The notes: generated by a model not told the origin, from the sequence alone. A DNA stretch of 64,000 nucleotides from Lingula anatina (GCA_051362555.1 CM120640.1:30399967-30463966), one strand, 5' to 3'; shown: positions 48,661-64,000, numbered from the stretch's first letter. Made by a program: numbers and translations.

Positions 48661-51600
48661 GTCTAGGCATGGATGTCTTGGATCACCTATATACACGTAC
48701 TGAAAAAAAATGGGTTCATTTGAGATGTATGTTGAATAACCAATAAATAAATAACATTCATTATTATCAATTTAGCTTGGCATCCTAAGTGAATTTTTGA
48801 AGGACATTCATTGTAATTTTACATCTTCAGCAGTCCAGCATGTCTCAACATGAGAAGCAACACTATATTTGAGAATGGTGAAGCCCTATTTACAATATAC
48901 TTGGCTACGTAATGTACGAGTTCCTAACATGCAAAGCAATACTGCACTCCAGTTGGAGGACTATGGTTTAATAGAGAGTTATAAAGATACGAAGGACGAA
49001 GCGAACACTGCAAAAATCCCCACAAGTAACTTTTATAGTAGCTCTAAGACAAGTACATCATAGAAACCCTATTGCTACTAATTAACTCTGCTAGTGCTTT
49101 TAAAGGTTTACCTCAGATGTTTCCAGGAATCCAGATCTACTGTATAACACCTATAACACTGGGATCAGCGGATCCCTTTGTCTACCCCTTCAGGGTTCTC
49201 CCCAGGCCTTTATAGCGTATCGGCAGCGATACGCATTTCTTTTTGCCGATACGCTTCTTTTTTTGCCGACACGTTTCTTTAAGGTAAAAATTCAGTTCGG
49301 TGAAGTTGCAGGGTTGGCTGTCCGACCAGGGAATTATATCGAATTATGACGGACAGGTCATGATTTATGAGAAATTTGGAGCAAAAATCTTTTAAAAAAT
49401 CATTTTTGATGCATACTAACGTCTTTTTCTCTTCCTAGACGGTACTGAAAAGAGTGACCTACTTTTGGCACAAAACACATGCAGTCGCAAAATGAATTGT
49501 GAACAAACTTACCGCCAAATTATGAAAGTGAACACCCTCCAGAACTTCACAAGACAAAATTTATTCACATAACAGGCTCACTACTGAATATTTATTTGGT
49601 TAAAAATCTTCGTGCTCTAGAGATAAAGACCGTTCCAAAAACAGAAACTACACAAGTACTGTGCAACAGCCAGATTGATCTGGATGAACTAGATATATCT
49701 AGTTCGTTGTCAAGGCAACATACTGCCTGTCAATCAAATACGTTGTATGCTATCTACTTACTATAGAACGTGAAATCTTTGGAACTGAAGATCTTGTTGA
49801 AATATTGTTTATTTGCCAAAATAAAACATGAAATTTTGTATGATGTTTTCTTTAATGACTTTAGCATCACCTATATTATTTACAGTTAAAAATTTAGTGC
49901 TGGAATATGATAAATTAACATTGCTGTCATATACCAGTGTGATATTGATGTAAGTTAGATATTAGTAATAACAAATATGAGAATTTAAATAAAAAGGGGG
50001 ACTTTTTTATACTGCTTTTATTTAACTCATATATTAAAAAAATCAAACACATGATAACCCCTAAAAAGTTGAATTGTTAACATAAATATAAGCAAAGTAT
50101 TATAAAATGAATATTCTTTAATTTTTCATTGAACTTTATTCAAATATTATAAATTTTGAATATTTTAATAAAATCAATCTGACAGTACCCCCTCCCCACC
50201 TGTATTTTTTTTAGCTTTGGTTAAACTTCATGTGAATTTATTATCAAATTGCAGATTTACAATTAGTAGACCCTGTACCCAAAATCCTAGGAGAAGCCCT
50301 GATTGAAACTATGTTAAATCATACTTATATGCAAGATTAAATCTTCAAGAGTTCACAAGTATGAAAAAAAACTTTTTATCTGAAAATGAATCCACTTTAA
50401 GGTGCATTTTCCAACTCATTTGATTGAATGTCTTGGTAATAAATGCATTAAATGTATGACTACAATTATTTATTTACAAAGTTCAATTAATAGAATGAAT
50501 AGAAAAAAATATTGGTTTTGTTGGGCAGGTTGGATTGAAATTCGGACAGGTGCTCATAAAAGTTAGTGTCTAGCCCTGATTTTTCTGCAAAATTTGGTCC
50601 TGCACGTGGGCTATGTTGTAACAATTTAATGACAGCTTCAGATTGCATGGGATTGCACCCTTTTTGCATGAAATAATAAAAATTTTACCTCCGGAGGGCA
50701 CATCTTAGCACTGCTAACATAACGCTCAATTTTAAGGAGGAAATGGAGCATTTACGGACCTTCGCATTAAAAGAAATTACCTTTAAAAGTATACTAAACT
50801 TACTTTAAAAGACCTTAAGACTGGTTTCCCATACCTAGATCTATCTAACAGGATCGATCCATCTCCAAGGGGTTTCTCGCTAAATTGCTTTCAGATGAAG
50901 CGGGTTAGATGTCTGTCACGCCTACTGAAGCTGCTAGGGGAATTATCGTTTAGCATCTAAACCGCTTAAGTTGATAGCAATTTACTGAGAATCTACTTGG
51001 TGATAGATCGATCCAAAGTTAGTACGATAGGGTCTGCGATTGATCCCTAAGTCATTTTTGTCTAAATACCCTGCAAAGCTACTAGTACACGTACTTAAAT
51101 TACTTTAATAGACTGCGCTACAGACAGCGCTAGTACTCTAATATGAGATATATTTGCACGTTTATTTTTTTTTTTTAATAAAAAGGTCTACATTTCCCTC
51201 AATTCCAAGTTTATTTTCTCAATGCCTGGTAACGAAGGTTTTGCAAATGGCTTTCTAAGAGAATGCAGCTTTGTTGTGTTTCGTGTAAACCATTTGACTG
51301 TGCCCTGTCAACATATCGTCCAGCTAATCATGAGGGCCCGCTGGTAAAGTACTGATCTCAGTTCACGGCCGCGGAAAATAAAAATCATCAAATCACAAAT
51401 CACATAAATTAATTAAAACTTTATTCGTATCTCATTGAAAATGTTAGTCCAGCGAGCTTAAAATAACTATCATCAAGTATAATGACTTCGTTTCACTGAG
51501 GACTGGGGATAAAAACCCGCATTTCACGATTCACAGGAATGGGGTGCTTCACGGATGACGCTAATTAATAATAATAAATAAATAATTAAAAAAATAATTT

Positions 51601-52314
51601 AAAAAAAAAACGTTGCTAGCATCTCGGGAAATGAAAAGTGGTTTTCACGGGTAACGAAAATACCCAATGAAGCCTTCAGTCATTGTCTTAACTAAAATGT
51701 AGGTTTTATTAATTACTAAAATATTTCAAAAGCATCAAACAACTAAAATTAATTATCTTCGACAAAAATAAGCCACGGAGGAATTCTCAGTTTTTAAAAG
51801 CCGGGCGACACCGCGAAAGTCGCTGCAAGTTATTTATTACGTTATTTAGATAAACATTCTAGACATTTTCTGAAACATTACTCTTGCTTCCTAACAAGTT
51901 CCTAATTTTTTTTTACTTTATTGAAAATAAACTTAAAGGTGGATGTGAGATGGTGTTGTGAGGGACAGTAACAAAGGTTTAAATTGAGTCCGCATTTCGT
52001 GTTTTAAATATGATTAGCGCAGGTGCTGAGCTAACTTATACAACAATTTTCGTGTGCATCGAAAGACTCGCGAGAGAAATAATTACTGCAAAATGTAATC
52101 GCTCCTCATTTCTCTTGTTGGCACTCTCTCCATGTCCAGCGGTACTTGTAGTGCCCAGTCCACCAAATACCTATTACAAAACAGACAATAACATTGAGTT
52201 CTCTTGCACATTTCGTTATCATGAATTCCCCAATAAGATTGATTAAGATTCCTTTTATCATGTCTTAGCAAATTGATTTTGAGAAGCGCGCGCACCCCCC
52301 ACACACACAGGGGG

Positions 52315-52352
<38 letters not shown>

Positions 52353-52357
52353 AAGAG
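52315..52357. repeat. (GA)n microsatellite
   Basis: Read directly from the sequence. Confidence 0.9.
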
Positions 52358-54742
52358 CAGGTTAAATTTCTTAGGTGATAGGAACAATCAACAAAGATCA
52401 ACATAAACCGTCTCGAATCGGACTTCTCACAACATTTTTTTCTTTCATTAAACTTAACAAATTCAAGCCGTCAAGATTTTACTTCAAATAACCAAATATC
52501 ATATCCATACATAGACATACTGTCAAAAGATACTGGTAGATCAACTTAAACAGTCTTGAGTCAGAATTCTCACAATATTTTTTTTTTTTTTTTAGTTCTT
52601 TAATTTTTAAAAAACAAATTCAAGTTGTTACATCGTCTAAGATTTAATTTAAAAAATATCATATTGCATACATGGACATACTTTATGAGCATTTCTGTAG
52701 TTGTCGTGACCTAAATTTCTTTGTCTTGGAAACTCGCTGATGAAAAGAGTATGTGTACTTATCTAAATATAAGTAATCTACAGGCCTTTTCGATATTTTG
52801 GCTATACATAAGTCTTGACGAATCTCTCCCTGATATCTTTTATTTTATAAGTTTTTTTGTTATACGTGTATTTTGTGATAACCCTGTAAGAATGTTAGCA
52901 TGGCTTTATTATGAATTTTCGATAAAAAACTAGTAGAATACAATAACAGAACAAGAAACAAAGATGACTGAGCTGTTTTTAGTGGTTTCTTTCGACAGGA
53001 TTCACGATTTATTACGAGGCGGTCTATCTATACTACACTGAAGCTTGGACTAAATAACGAATAACGTTATTATATCCAAGACTGAAGGCATCCGTAACTG
53101 TTTTTGGATTAAAATACTCTAGATTAAGCAGAATTATCATATCAAAAACACCAAAAAGTGATATCTCAAATCTACCGGAGCAGTGAATTTTTATTTTATT
53201 TCCGTTATCAGATTTCACAATTAACTCTTATGCCTAGATTACATTAGAAAAGCGTGTCGTGCGATGAAATTAAATACGATATTCCGTGCGTTTTTTTTAA
53301 CGACGTACGGGCTACAGCGAATACGTTTACATTACGGGTGGGTTAATGTTAATGTTGATGTTAATCAATCACCAAAATATTTATTTTATTACGAAACAGT
53401 GTTTATTTTTACACAGATAATAAAAATCAGTCAATGGGTACACAGTGATGCTTTAAGGCCTTCTTTAAATTCTGCTGCTGCTATGCAGAGACGGAATAAA
53501 TATAAAACATTGTTGCATGTATCAGACTATCTCGAAAGTAAATCATTTACTAGAATAAAATGGCGATTGTTTTATTTATCATTACTTTTACATTAGAGTG
53601 AGCTCCCGGTATTATTCCATTGCTGACGAAATCAATACTGGAGACGACGGTTATATTGACGCGGATAAAGAAATTAAATCCTAACTTGAGCTTTAACCTT
53701 GGTCATTATTAGTAATTTTGCCCATGCTTTAACTAAAGCGTTTTACTACAGGCAAGAGATAAACCTGAACAGATGAACAGGTCCAGCAGTGAGGTATCAT
53801 CCTCACCCGCTCTTCTCTTGATGGATGACGGCGCCCTCCTCGTGAAAAAAATTGTATTGTTCCCACAGAAAAATGTAAAGTGCGTACTGGTGTCGCCAGA
53901 CACCTTTTTTTTCTAGAACTTCTTCATGCCATTCTCTTCATTTTTTTTTCTTTTACAGATCTTGTATCAATGCTCCAACTTAAACATACCCGGGCCCATC
54001 ATAATACGTTGATAAAAAACGAATAGAGCAATATATAAAAGATTGGTGGGGGCATTTTCTACAATAAAACACCAACACTAAAAGTAATAATAAGAGATAC
54101 CTAAATTTCTGCTCACTGTCTTTTCGCCGTCATTCGTTTTTGTCTAAATCATCATTTTGTGCATTGTCTTCAATAATTCATGAAGCCCAGATTTTGGGAG
54201 AGGGGCAACTGCCGCAATGAAGCCCACGTAATCCTCTAGCTAATTTCATTTACAAGCACACTTACCACATCGTCAGCGTAACACCAATATAAGCTCTTTC
54301 TGTAAAATAACAAAATTTCTGTCCATAATCAACTGACTTTGTAAGAATGAAAACATCAATTGAATAACATGACTATAAACCAATGTTATATGGTATGTTT
54401 AACCTGAAGCTAGGGGATGAACAAGGACAGTGAGAAGTCGTTCTCTGTGATGGGTTCCTGACCACTCCTCTAGGTCCAACCTTATCAGTAAAATACGTCA
54501 GGGGGTGTTCCATGCCAAGTAAGTGTCTCGTCTGTCAAGCTGCAGGCAAATATGACATCAGTGCAAACATTGAATCGCCGAGTAGGAGAAGGAGGGGAGG
54601 GGGGCATAGAAAACATTACTCACTTGAAGTTGGCCATGGACTGACTGGGGTCTCGATCCTCGATGCAATATATCAAGAACTTGTTTATAAATATGTAAGG
54701 GGTAAAGGAATGAACAGGGCCCATCATCCTCTTCTCCGCTAA

Positions 54743-55328
54743 GGCCCCTATTTCACACAGACCACGAATCCCATGAATCTCCAGGAATTGACAAATTTCA
54801 GGATTCGGCTGGAATCGTGAGATTTTGCCAATTTTCTGGTCTAATTCGAAACGCTCTACGATTCAGTTACGATACAGGTGCGATAGTGTTACGAATATTC
54901 GTGGCATTCGGCTGGAATCGAACGAATATTGTCCAGAAATTCACTACGATTTTTTGGAATCGGGAGTTCGTGGCCAAAACTTTGAACAGCTCAAATTTTT
55001 TGCCACGAATTCCCGATTTATCAAGAATTGCAAGGACTGACTACGATTATATACGAATCTGTTAAGAACTTCACGAACTGATTACGATTCAACCACGAAT
55101 CCTGAAATTTTCAATTCCTGGCGATTTGTGGGATTCGTGGTCTGTGTGAAATAGGGGTATCAAAGTTTTTGCCACCAATTCCTGTTGGTCAAGAAGTGCA
55201 AGAACTGACTACGAATATATACGAATCTGTTAAGAAATTCACGAACTGATTACGATTCAACCAAGAATCGTGAAATTTGTCAATTCATGGCCATTCGTGG
55301 GATTCGAGGTCTGTGTGAAATAGGGGCA
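54743..55328. mobile_element. PIF/Harbinger-like MITE with a duplicated right arm
   Basis: Left TIR GCCCCTATTTCACACAGACCACGAATCCC; right TIR copies end at ~55157 and ~55327. TAA flanks 54740-54742 and 55329-55331. Confidence 0.85.
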
Positions 55329-58310
55329 TAACAACTGACGTGGCTGAAAATGTAAGGGCGGGGTGGGGGAGGGGAATAAGCTCCTATCCCCCCCCCCCGC
55401 CCCTGCAAATATTTTTCTCAACCTACTGTCCTTATAGCATAGAAATAAATAAATACGGTGTTAGGTATGTGTGATGTAATCAGGGCGCTGGAAATTACTT
55501 TTATTTGATTTATTTATTTATTTGTTTTGGAAACTTTTAAAATCAGACTGAAAGAGTGCTTTCTTATGCAAGAATGATAACTTCCAAAATATCTCTAAAC
55601 CGAAATCATAAGAATGGAGATACTCATAATAAACGCGTCTGCTTTCTCTGAATTTCGTTATTTGCATCACAGTGTGGGAAACCCCCTTAAACCATCCCGG
55701 GGCCCCCACATTACATAAAATACCCTTTAATAATAAAACCCCAGGGCTTGAAGCCCAGGCTCACATCTTTGGATAACGCTATCTGTAATACTGCTACAGA
55801 GATTCCCAGGTTCCTTGTCTTAAAGTCTGCACACGGAAAAGAATGAAACGACTCCATGTTGTAACTTCAACAGAATATATTTTGCTACACTAAAAGTTAC
55901 ATGATGCAAGTATGACCTCTCTCCTCCTCTCTCTAGCTCTCCCCCCTAGATTTAAGTTTACAGATTTTTATACAAAACTTTATCAGTTAAACTGTCCATC
56001 ACATAACTTAAAAACTGATAGGTTACTTCATACACAAGGCCACCTTCTTCCAGGTGGGCACTCCTAATAACACCCTGTAATCTAGTTCTAACAGATTACT
56101 GGCTTCGGAACAAAGGACATTAAAATTTGAACTGCAAGGTGTGAAGCATTATCTGAACAACTTGTACAACTTGGCTTCCCATGTCTGAATTTTATCAAAC
56201 AATGGCTTCCTCTGATTGAGTTAATACAACATCATGTATGAAAGTTTTAAAAGTACTAATTACACTTTTTTTCTATACTATGGTTCCTGACAACAGGCTG
56301 ATGATTAAAAAAAGGTAGACATGAAGACATTTAACGTGAACATAAATTTGTGTTGTACTAATATGCGAATATAGAGTAGAAACTGAGTATGTCTTTTTAC
56401 TGGAAGCAACTATACTGGGTTTATTTCACAACTCAAATTTTCAGTCAATGCAGATAAGGAAATGACAGAAAAAGTCAAACTGAAATGACACACCAAACGA
56501 AACCATTGAATATTGTCACAGAAAAGCAAACTGTGTATAAAAAGGGCCAATACATTATCTTTAATGTGGTTTTTAATACTTCTTAATACTTATTATCTAT
56601 TTTGACCTGGAATTTAACATATTATGTATTACTGCAAACTTAATTTATTATCGTGTATTTATTTATTATTTTATCTATTTTCCTCTTGTGGGTAATTAAC
56701 CTGTGCTTTATTCCCCTTTTCTTTCAATCCGGGTCAACACACTCCATGCCATAGAGTTGCTGTGTACATGTAACTGAAGGATAGCCTTTGGAGTCTACAA
56801 TACAAAGTAAAATGTGTCCCTCAACAAGGTGGGACTACAGAGCTATACTGGCGAAGAGCAGATTTGCAATTTCTTTTGGATTTCAAACTCTTTCCTTTGC
56901 TCTCAATCTTCTAAACATCTGAACTGAACAGTCCCCCTGCAGACAATCTCCAACCGCAAGCGTAGCTTGGACTTATTTTTAACATAACTAAAAAAACTGC
57001 CTGCTTGTATAGAAATGTAAGACTTTTTAATTTAAACATGGGCACCCTAAACTGTAAAAAATATCTGTTTATTGGACACGTCTATACACTGTATTTACTC
57101 ATTAAAGACGTCCGGAGGTTGGCGCGGTAAACAAATACACTGCTTCATTTATAAATAACAACACTGACTATATTTCAAATAAGAAAAGTTAAAAAAAAAA
57201 GGAGTTGACGTTTGAGTTTTTCTATAAACAGTACCCAATGTCCGTCAAAAGAACTGTATAAGGCTTTTACTTTAAGATAATGATTTCCTGTTTATATATG
57301 AATATTTGAATATGAATATAAATTATTTTCCTGTACAGTTTTCTTTCAAAAGAACGGAAGGAAAAGTCTTTAAACTGTCTTATTTGATGAAAAAGTTTCA
57401 TATCAACAGCTGAATGTAAATAAACGATATTTTGGTTCTAAGTCACCACTGTAATCATATACTCTTCGAAAATTCCCATCTCATGTGGGAAGTTATTTCT
57501 TTTTATAGCCAAATCGAATTCTCCAAGTGGAGCGACCCATCGTGGCATATTTAACCTCGGCCTCGGGCTGATCACTTGGCATGTCGAATTCCACGAGACT
57601 TTCAGGGGAAAGGTTCTTGGTGATCGTGTACGCCACTAATTCAACCAACTCCACACAGTCTCACCACAGCGTTGTGCGGAACTCATGGCACACTAACTAA
57701 GGGAAATAATGTAATTTAAAATCTGGTAGAACAAAATTATATAAAGAATATTTTTGGAAATAAGCAAACAAGTAAACAAAAATTAATAAACAAAATTATA
57801 AAAAGCTAAATAAATATATAAATAATACGGTGTAGATATATTAATAAAAAAGAATGAAAGAAAGATAAAAAATGAAAAAATGAAAAGAAAAATACTGCAA
57901 ATGGAGTGAAAATTATTTCCTTCCTGCAGTTTCACAAAAGTCAATTATTATAAACAGAATGCGACTATAATATGATGAATACATTGAGTCTTTAGTTTCT
58001 TATATATTGTATACCTTTTAATCACTCGACTAGCTGACGCCGGAATACATATAGTTCTTTTCCCTCCTCTCGCCTATATCTTAATTTTCTTATGTAAATA
58101 ATCCTGGGGACAGTCCGGCGTTTTCATTGTTCGACAGCTAATCTTGATCACCAGTATGATGATTGACGTTTGTATATATAACTGCCAATCAAGCCATCCA
58201 CTTTTAATAGCTTTGATTGGCACCTCTCAATCACAGGAAGTAAAAGCTCTTTCGCAGCATGATTGTGATTGACGTTTGTTTAACTAACCGTCAATCAACC
58301 TGTCAAATTT

Positions 58311-58552
58311 GACAGCTTTGATTGACACCTATCAATCACAGGAGATAAGAGTTCTTTGGCGGTATGGATGTGATTGACGATCGCGAGATGTTAGAGTTCT
58401 TTTATTCTACAAAGAAATTGTAGGAGCTGTCTGACAGCTTTGATTGACACCTATCAATCACAGGAGATAAGAGTTCTTTGGCGGTATGGATGTGATTGAC
58501 GATCGCGAGATGTTAGAGTTCTTTTATTCTACAAAGAAATTGTAGGAGCTGT
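58311..58552. repeat. Exact ~121-bp tandem duplication
   Basis: GACAGCTTTGATTGACACCTATC...GTAGGAGCTGTC occurs twice in tandem. Confidence 0.92.
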
Positions 58553-59730
58553 CCGCAATGGACAGATTCCCCCGGAACCGGAATTTTTGAAGCAAGGTTT
58601 ATACAAAGGAAAGAAAAGCAGGCAAATCTCATATAGTATTATGTGCTCTCATTGAGGGAACGACAGAAAATATATGTCATTTATACATAAGCTGGTATAT
58701 ACCAAAAATAGAAATAGAAACAGTCACAAGTATAGTAGCCAACCAAATAGATGAATAAAGGAACAAAGAAATATATGGAAAGAATTATTTACAGACCAAA
58801 AATGCATGAATAAAAAAATCAAAGATAATAACCATGAGGCTTTTTTTTTGCTATTCTCAAACTTACTGGAGTAATTCGTGTTATGATAAATACAGTCCAT
58901 GTTCGAATTGCAGATATATTAGGTCTTTTTCCTTAAATTACCCCGCTTTTTCACTTTTATGTTATACTTTATAATGTAAGACTTGTTAATGCAATAAATG
59001 GAAAACCCCGTGACTTATCATACTGAAATTTACAGAATCACTTTTTAGCATGAGTATTAGAATACAACGGCAAATGTCAGCTTTATCGGACCATTTTTGA
59101 CGGAGGTTATCCCATGTCCCCCCTTTCCTTCGAATGGAATGTGTCGTCTCTCCTGACGCACTGCGTTCCGTAGTTGTTATAGCTACAGCTTGCTCGAGTC
59201 CGTCTTAACACTTTCTTCAAAAATAATTTGTAATCGGATATACATACATATTTTAGCGTTAAAGAATCTAGATATGATTTGAGTCGCTACGAAAGAAAAT
59301 AATAAAGTTTGATAAAAGTATTGATCAAATAGGCCCATGATCACCTGCAGGGGCCTCAAGTACAGTAATCACTGTTATATGGTGAGGCCTACTCTTTTTT
59401 CATACAAACGAAATTCAAGAATTTTGGACACTTTTGAAATAAGTGCATTCAGTACAAAAAGTTTCGAGTATTAAAAAAATCCTTATATTACTCCGGAGAA
59501 ATTATAGGAAAAATTATCATATCAGCGCCCTCTATCATTTATGGCTGTCTTCACTAGCACAATATGGTGAAATTCATGGACACCGTCACAATCATGTTGA
59601 GATAGACTCTGAGGTCAAATACTGTAGCATTAACACTGTTGTAACTCAATTTCTTCTATTCTCCCCTACATCATCATTGACAGTTGCCAGAGAGGGAGAT
59701 TCCCTCGCATGCCCTACGTCCCCCACCCCG

Positions 59731-59741
59731 ACACACAGACA

Positions 59742-59780
<39 letters not shown>
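59731..59780. repeat. (CA)n microsatellite
   Basis: Read directly from the sequence. Confidence 0.9.
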
Positions 59781-59782
<2 letters not shown>

Positions 59783-62700
59783 CTATTTTTATGGTTTGGA
59801 AATAGTAACGCCTCGGTTAGAAATGTGTTGTTAAGCAGTTTGCCATAATAAAATACTTGACTACACAAAATGATATAGAAAAAACAAATCGGCAATTAAG
59901 AAATTCACTTAATTCCATTTCGAGTCATTCAATGTTTCAAGAATTTCATCGGCTGTTTTATAACTTGGTCATGCTAACAGCCTGTTTTAATCAATAATTA
60001 AAACAAGTCAATTTTCGCGCTCCGAAATTTCATTCTTCATTGTGTGGCTTATTGCACACCCCAGGTAGAGGTGACACTCACGTCGTTAGCCTAACTTTTT
60101 ATGTAACTGGATCATTTTTGAAATATTGTAGAGATTTCTTTGTAAAGTCCCAAATATCTCATTTCGTAAAAAATCATTTTTTGATTAAAAAAATTATCAT
60201 TCTGTCCTTCAAACCGCAATCTGTACTACTCTGTTTTTAGTCTATTGTCTATGGGGACAGTTCTGCAAAAGCACGAAATCTCATTCATTAGCGCTTCTGT
60301 TTTATGTTTTCTGATGTATTCTGAATAATCGCGCAAATACAGTAGGCCCTAGTGCATATATGAAAATGTGCAATATTTCGTGCAAGTAGGTAAACATACT
60401 TGATGTGATAACATTTGCTGTGACTTATTTTAATGTGGTGATCGCCGACAGTTTGTGTAGTTCAAAAATAGCAAACTTTGACTTCACGTAAATTCTGTCG
60501 GCACTTTATGTTCCATCTGTAACTGACAGTAGAACACATACTGTCACGGCGTAGGGATTTTACGTCGTTTTTTTTTCACGCGCCATTCGTCGCGTTCGTT
60601 GTAAAAACGCTAATTTCAATGAAAAATGCCGATAATTTCTTTCTTTTTTAAATTTTTAAAGTTTCAATTTAAAGACATGATAGGCGAGTATGAAAGCATT
60701 TTTATTCATTGGGGCAACATTTCAGAGGAAGAAATTGATAAAGCAAATCAGCGCTTAATTATAACGCCACGGTGATTTTCTAGCATAGAAACAGCATAAC
60801 AAATTATCTTAATTTTAGTTCCCTTCGTAGCGTTGACGCTTTGTCAGTTAATTTTCTAGTGCTGCGTTTTTAGTAAAGGCTCTCTTTCTCAATAGACGTC
60901 ATTTTTTAATTCTAACTTCATCTTTGTGAATTACTATAGTTGAAACATACGGTAGTTATATAAGTAGAAAAGATAAATCTGTACAGGGTTTTTTTAGAGA
61001 CAAAAGTTGTTAAAGTTTGTATAACCTGGTGTGTTCAAGTTAAAGGACACTGGTAAATACCCGGAGGCACTCAAAACTCAATTTCACCGACTCTCCCAAA
61101 CCTTTTATACCATCTACCATACCTTCCCCCCTCATTTTTGTGCCGCTTTATTTCAACATATTTCCTTTTATTCCAACTTTCTCTATTGAATGGTTCGTCG
61201 ACATCTAATTTTAAACTAAAATATCATATTGCCATTTCCAATGGCTTATTAGGTAATTTCTTTATGAACTTTTCCTCCCCCTCCCCACCTCGCGTTATGT
61301 CTTCACTAACAATCATGGTTGAGACAGCATCAGAGTCAAAACACCGCAGTCTAATGGCTCGGATCATTACTCTTATTAAAACAGATTGTTCATTTGTAAG
61401 TATACAGTACTGGTTGGTGTTCTTTTCTCGAAAAATAGACTTAGTGTCTGGATTAACAAAGGCGTGAAATTGTGAACTTTGTCCGAAACTGTTCATGCGT
61501 GTTTTCAATACTATATAATTGTGCAGGTAAAAATATTAAATCAATGTAATCCTCTGTCCGTCCCATGTCCCTAAAACTGTAAATCTAAAACCAGCTGCCG
61601 AGTTTCTGATCGTAGTATTTTTGTATTTTCCTCCAGATGGCGCTATCGTACGGTCTAATTGGTCAAACAGTCAAAACTGCTCAGATATTAAAATCAGTGT
61701 GCCATATTGAGTCATATCAAGATAGCCAGTGACCTACATAATGTCGTTTCAATTTGGGTGGTTTAGGGTCTGAAGTTAATTTTCGTCTGGTATTTTTTTG
61801 AAAATATACTGAACACCAACTCGTCCTATGTATTTTTAATGTTGTCAATTACAAATGAAGTTTCATCCGTAAAATATTGGTAAGAGTTGAAAAGGAAAGG
61901 CGGCCACTTCAGCCTGCCACCTCCCCCTACCATGAATGTAATGGGATGGAGAGCCTGATAGGAGACGTCACTGCCTCATTGCTGAGTGATCAGGAAGTGG
62001 AGCGAAGGCGGCTTAGATATTAAGTATACGAATATCGTAATTTCAGCCATATCAATATAATGTTTTAAGAAACCAATGTTAGGTATTTGGTGATAAGTTA
62101 CTTGTGATTTATTTTTGAAAAGTATTTTGACACCCGTTTGTTTAAAAGTGGTTTTGACTATTTCCCAACATTTTCCCCACGTAGGCCTACCATTTATTTT
62201 CTCCTTTACTTCAACTCATCACGTCTCATAAAACAAAGGAAGATGCAGTTGCACTTCTTGTTCAGTATTTTGACCTTCTTCGGTAGAAATAGTAGTGGTA
62301 GTGGAAGTTTACCGTGAGAAATGGCCAAGGAGGGAAAAATGGTGTGAAATGTCTTGTGAGGGTCTGGCTATTGACATGTTGATATTTACACGTACCCGGT
62401 AGTGAGCGGTTGGTAGTGGAATTATAAAATTTAATGTACACTTCCATTTCGAATATTGGCAAGATTTCATAAATTAATATATAATATTTCATTGCATTAA
62501 AATGTGTGAGCTAAATTGAAGTTGTATTGATTTCTGCGTGACATATTATAAGATCAACCTTTCAAGACATAAGGAGCGAAATGCTCAAAATGCTGTTTGG
62601 AACGGATTTGAAAAGGCTTTGTCTTTTACGTGTTTTTTTTTCAATAACATTACGAATTTACGAATTAAATGTAACATATTTAAAACGTAATGATATATCA

Positions 62701-63939
62701 GAATGCATGGTCATCAGTTTAAAACTTGCTTTATTGTATTGAAATATGTTCTATACTATCGTAGTGTCAAGTTTGTCTCACGTGACATGTAAAATGGAAC
62801 TATTTGTGGTATTCTTCAGCAAGACGGCAGGGGATGACTTTCTAGTTTTAGATGGGAATTAAGTACGCAAAAATACACAAATTTTATGTCGGTTTAAAGC
62901 AAAATATTTTTCTATAATATTCAGAATTCTGTAATATTGGGTTTCACCTAAATTACCAAGGGACACATTACCGAAATCGCTGATAAATTCTACAAGTCCG
63001 TTGTCGAATTCTTAATTTCTCTTTTTACCAGCGTGAGTGTCTTCTTCAGTCCGATTCTCAAAACTGACTGAAATCTAGAATATATATATATAAATAATAT
63101 ATATATATATATATATCGACTGACGCTCATTGTGTGTCTCTCTGTTAATGTTCAGGTGAGAAAAAAGGATTGTCTCTTGAAATTTGCTGTCTTGTTGAGT
63201 AAGAGATGTCATTTTACGAATCAAGATCAATTATTTTGTGTCACAAGTGAAGTATGTAGAATAAAGAAATTTCCATTTGAGAAAAATTTCCATTTGAGAA
63301 ATATCCCTTCTTGAAAAGCTGATTTCGTACATGTAAATGCCCTTCATATGATGGAGAAGAAACTACTTTCGTGTTTTACTTATCTCTGAACGTATAGTTC
63401 TTACAATGTAAAATATGACACGTTTTATCATGAAAAATAACTGATATTTTTGCCATTAATCTGTTAAACAAATCCATGTTCCGCGTAAAGATGAAGGGAC
63501 CATTTATGTGATTGAAAATTATTTCATTTTTCAAATTTAATTGTTTTAAGCAATTTTCTCTAACCAGCATCTTTCCTTCTATTGACCAGATGATGCAGAA
63601 ATTAGGGATATTTTTTCGTCTTTTGTTTTTGTCATTAAGAAAAAACATAAGACCATTAGTGTGGTAGATAGTTTATTTGTCAAGTCAAATATATAAGAAT
63701 GTTATATTTTTACACTTGTTGAATTTAAATACAGACATAGTAATATTATACTATAATATCATAATATTCTTTTAGTTACTAGAACGCTTTTTAACTTGTA
63801 GTAATAAAAAGACTGAAGACAATGATATTTTACAGATATGTCTTATAAACAATCGAATACTGAGTACATAAGAGCAATCTGTATTTCTCTGAATAAAAAA
63901 CTTATTAAATATACCAAACGTCATAGTGTTTTTACTGAT

Positions 63940-64000
63940 GGCTACATGACTCAGTGGTAGCCTGGGGTTGGGGTTCGATTCCTGGCTCGGGCACTTTGGA
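63940..64000 (+). mobile_element. tRNA-derived SINE head (cut by the window end)
   Basis: Pol III A-box-like TGACTCAGTGG (63947-63957) and B-box GGTTCGATTCC (63972-63982), with shortened spacing and no cloverleaf. Confidence 0.55.

Noticed and set aside
49200-63900. Short ORFs and single TE-like ends (CAGGCC at ~49203, TTAAAGG at ~51932 and ~61039)
   Set aside because: No recognisable protein motifs, consistent exon chain or matching opposite TIR and TSD could be found by eye.
63940-64000. tRNA gene
   Set aside because: The A and B boxes are too close together and there is no anticodon arm or acceptor stem. It fits a SINE head better.

Overview
AT-rich metazoan genomic DNA, plausibly molluscan or lophotrochozoan (an inference from the repeat types), made up mostly of nested transposable elements. 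No intact host gene is evident. The main observation is a 6.76-kb non-autonomous CACTA/EnSpm-like element (11690-18446; CCCAGCGGGCA TIRs, TA TSD, TCAACGTTGA-type subterminal arrays). It carries six phase-compatible, intron-containing exons of a WDR49/WDR95/WDY-family WD40 gene. An in-frame ATG mini-exon upstream and a stop exon with AATAAA downstream complete a possible 247-aa chimeric gene, making it a candidate animal Pack-CACTA. The element sits inside a PAN/apple-like exon of a decayed single-pass receptor gene. The window also holds Helentron-derived HINEs with 161-bp internal repeats, a CR1-like RT fragment, an intron-containing Ginger-type integrase remnant next to a large complex tandem expansion, and a ~60-bp satellite in higher-order units with Gypsy integrase fragments. 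Smaller elements include hAT-like MITEs with 5- and 6-bp TSDs, Kolobok- and Harbinger-like MITEs, and a tRNA-SINE head. All calls were made by eye, without database searches.
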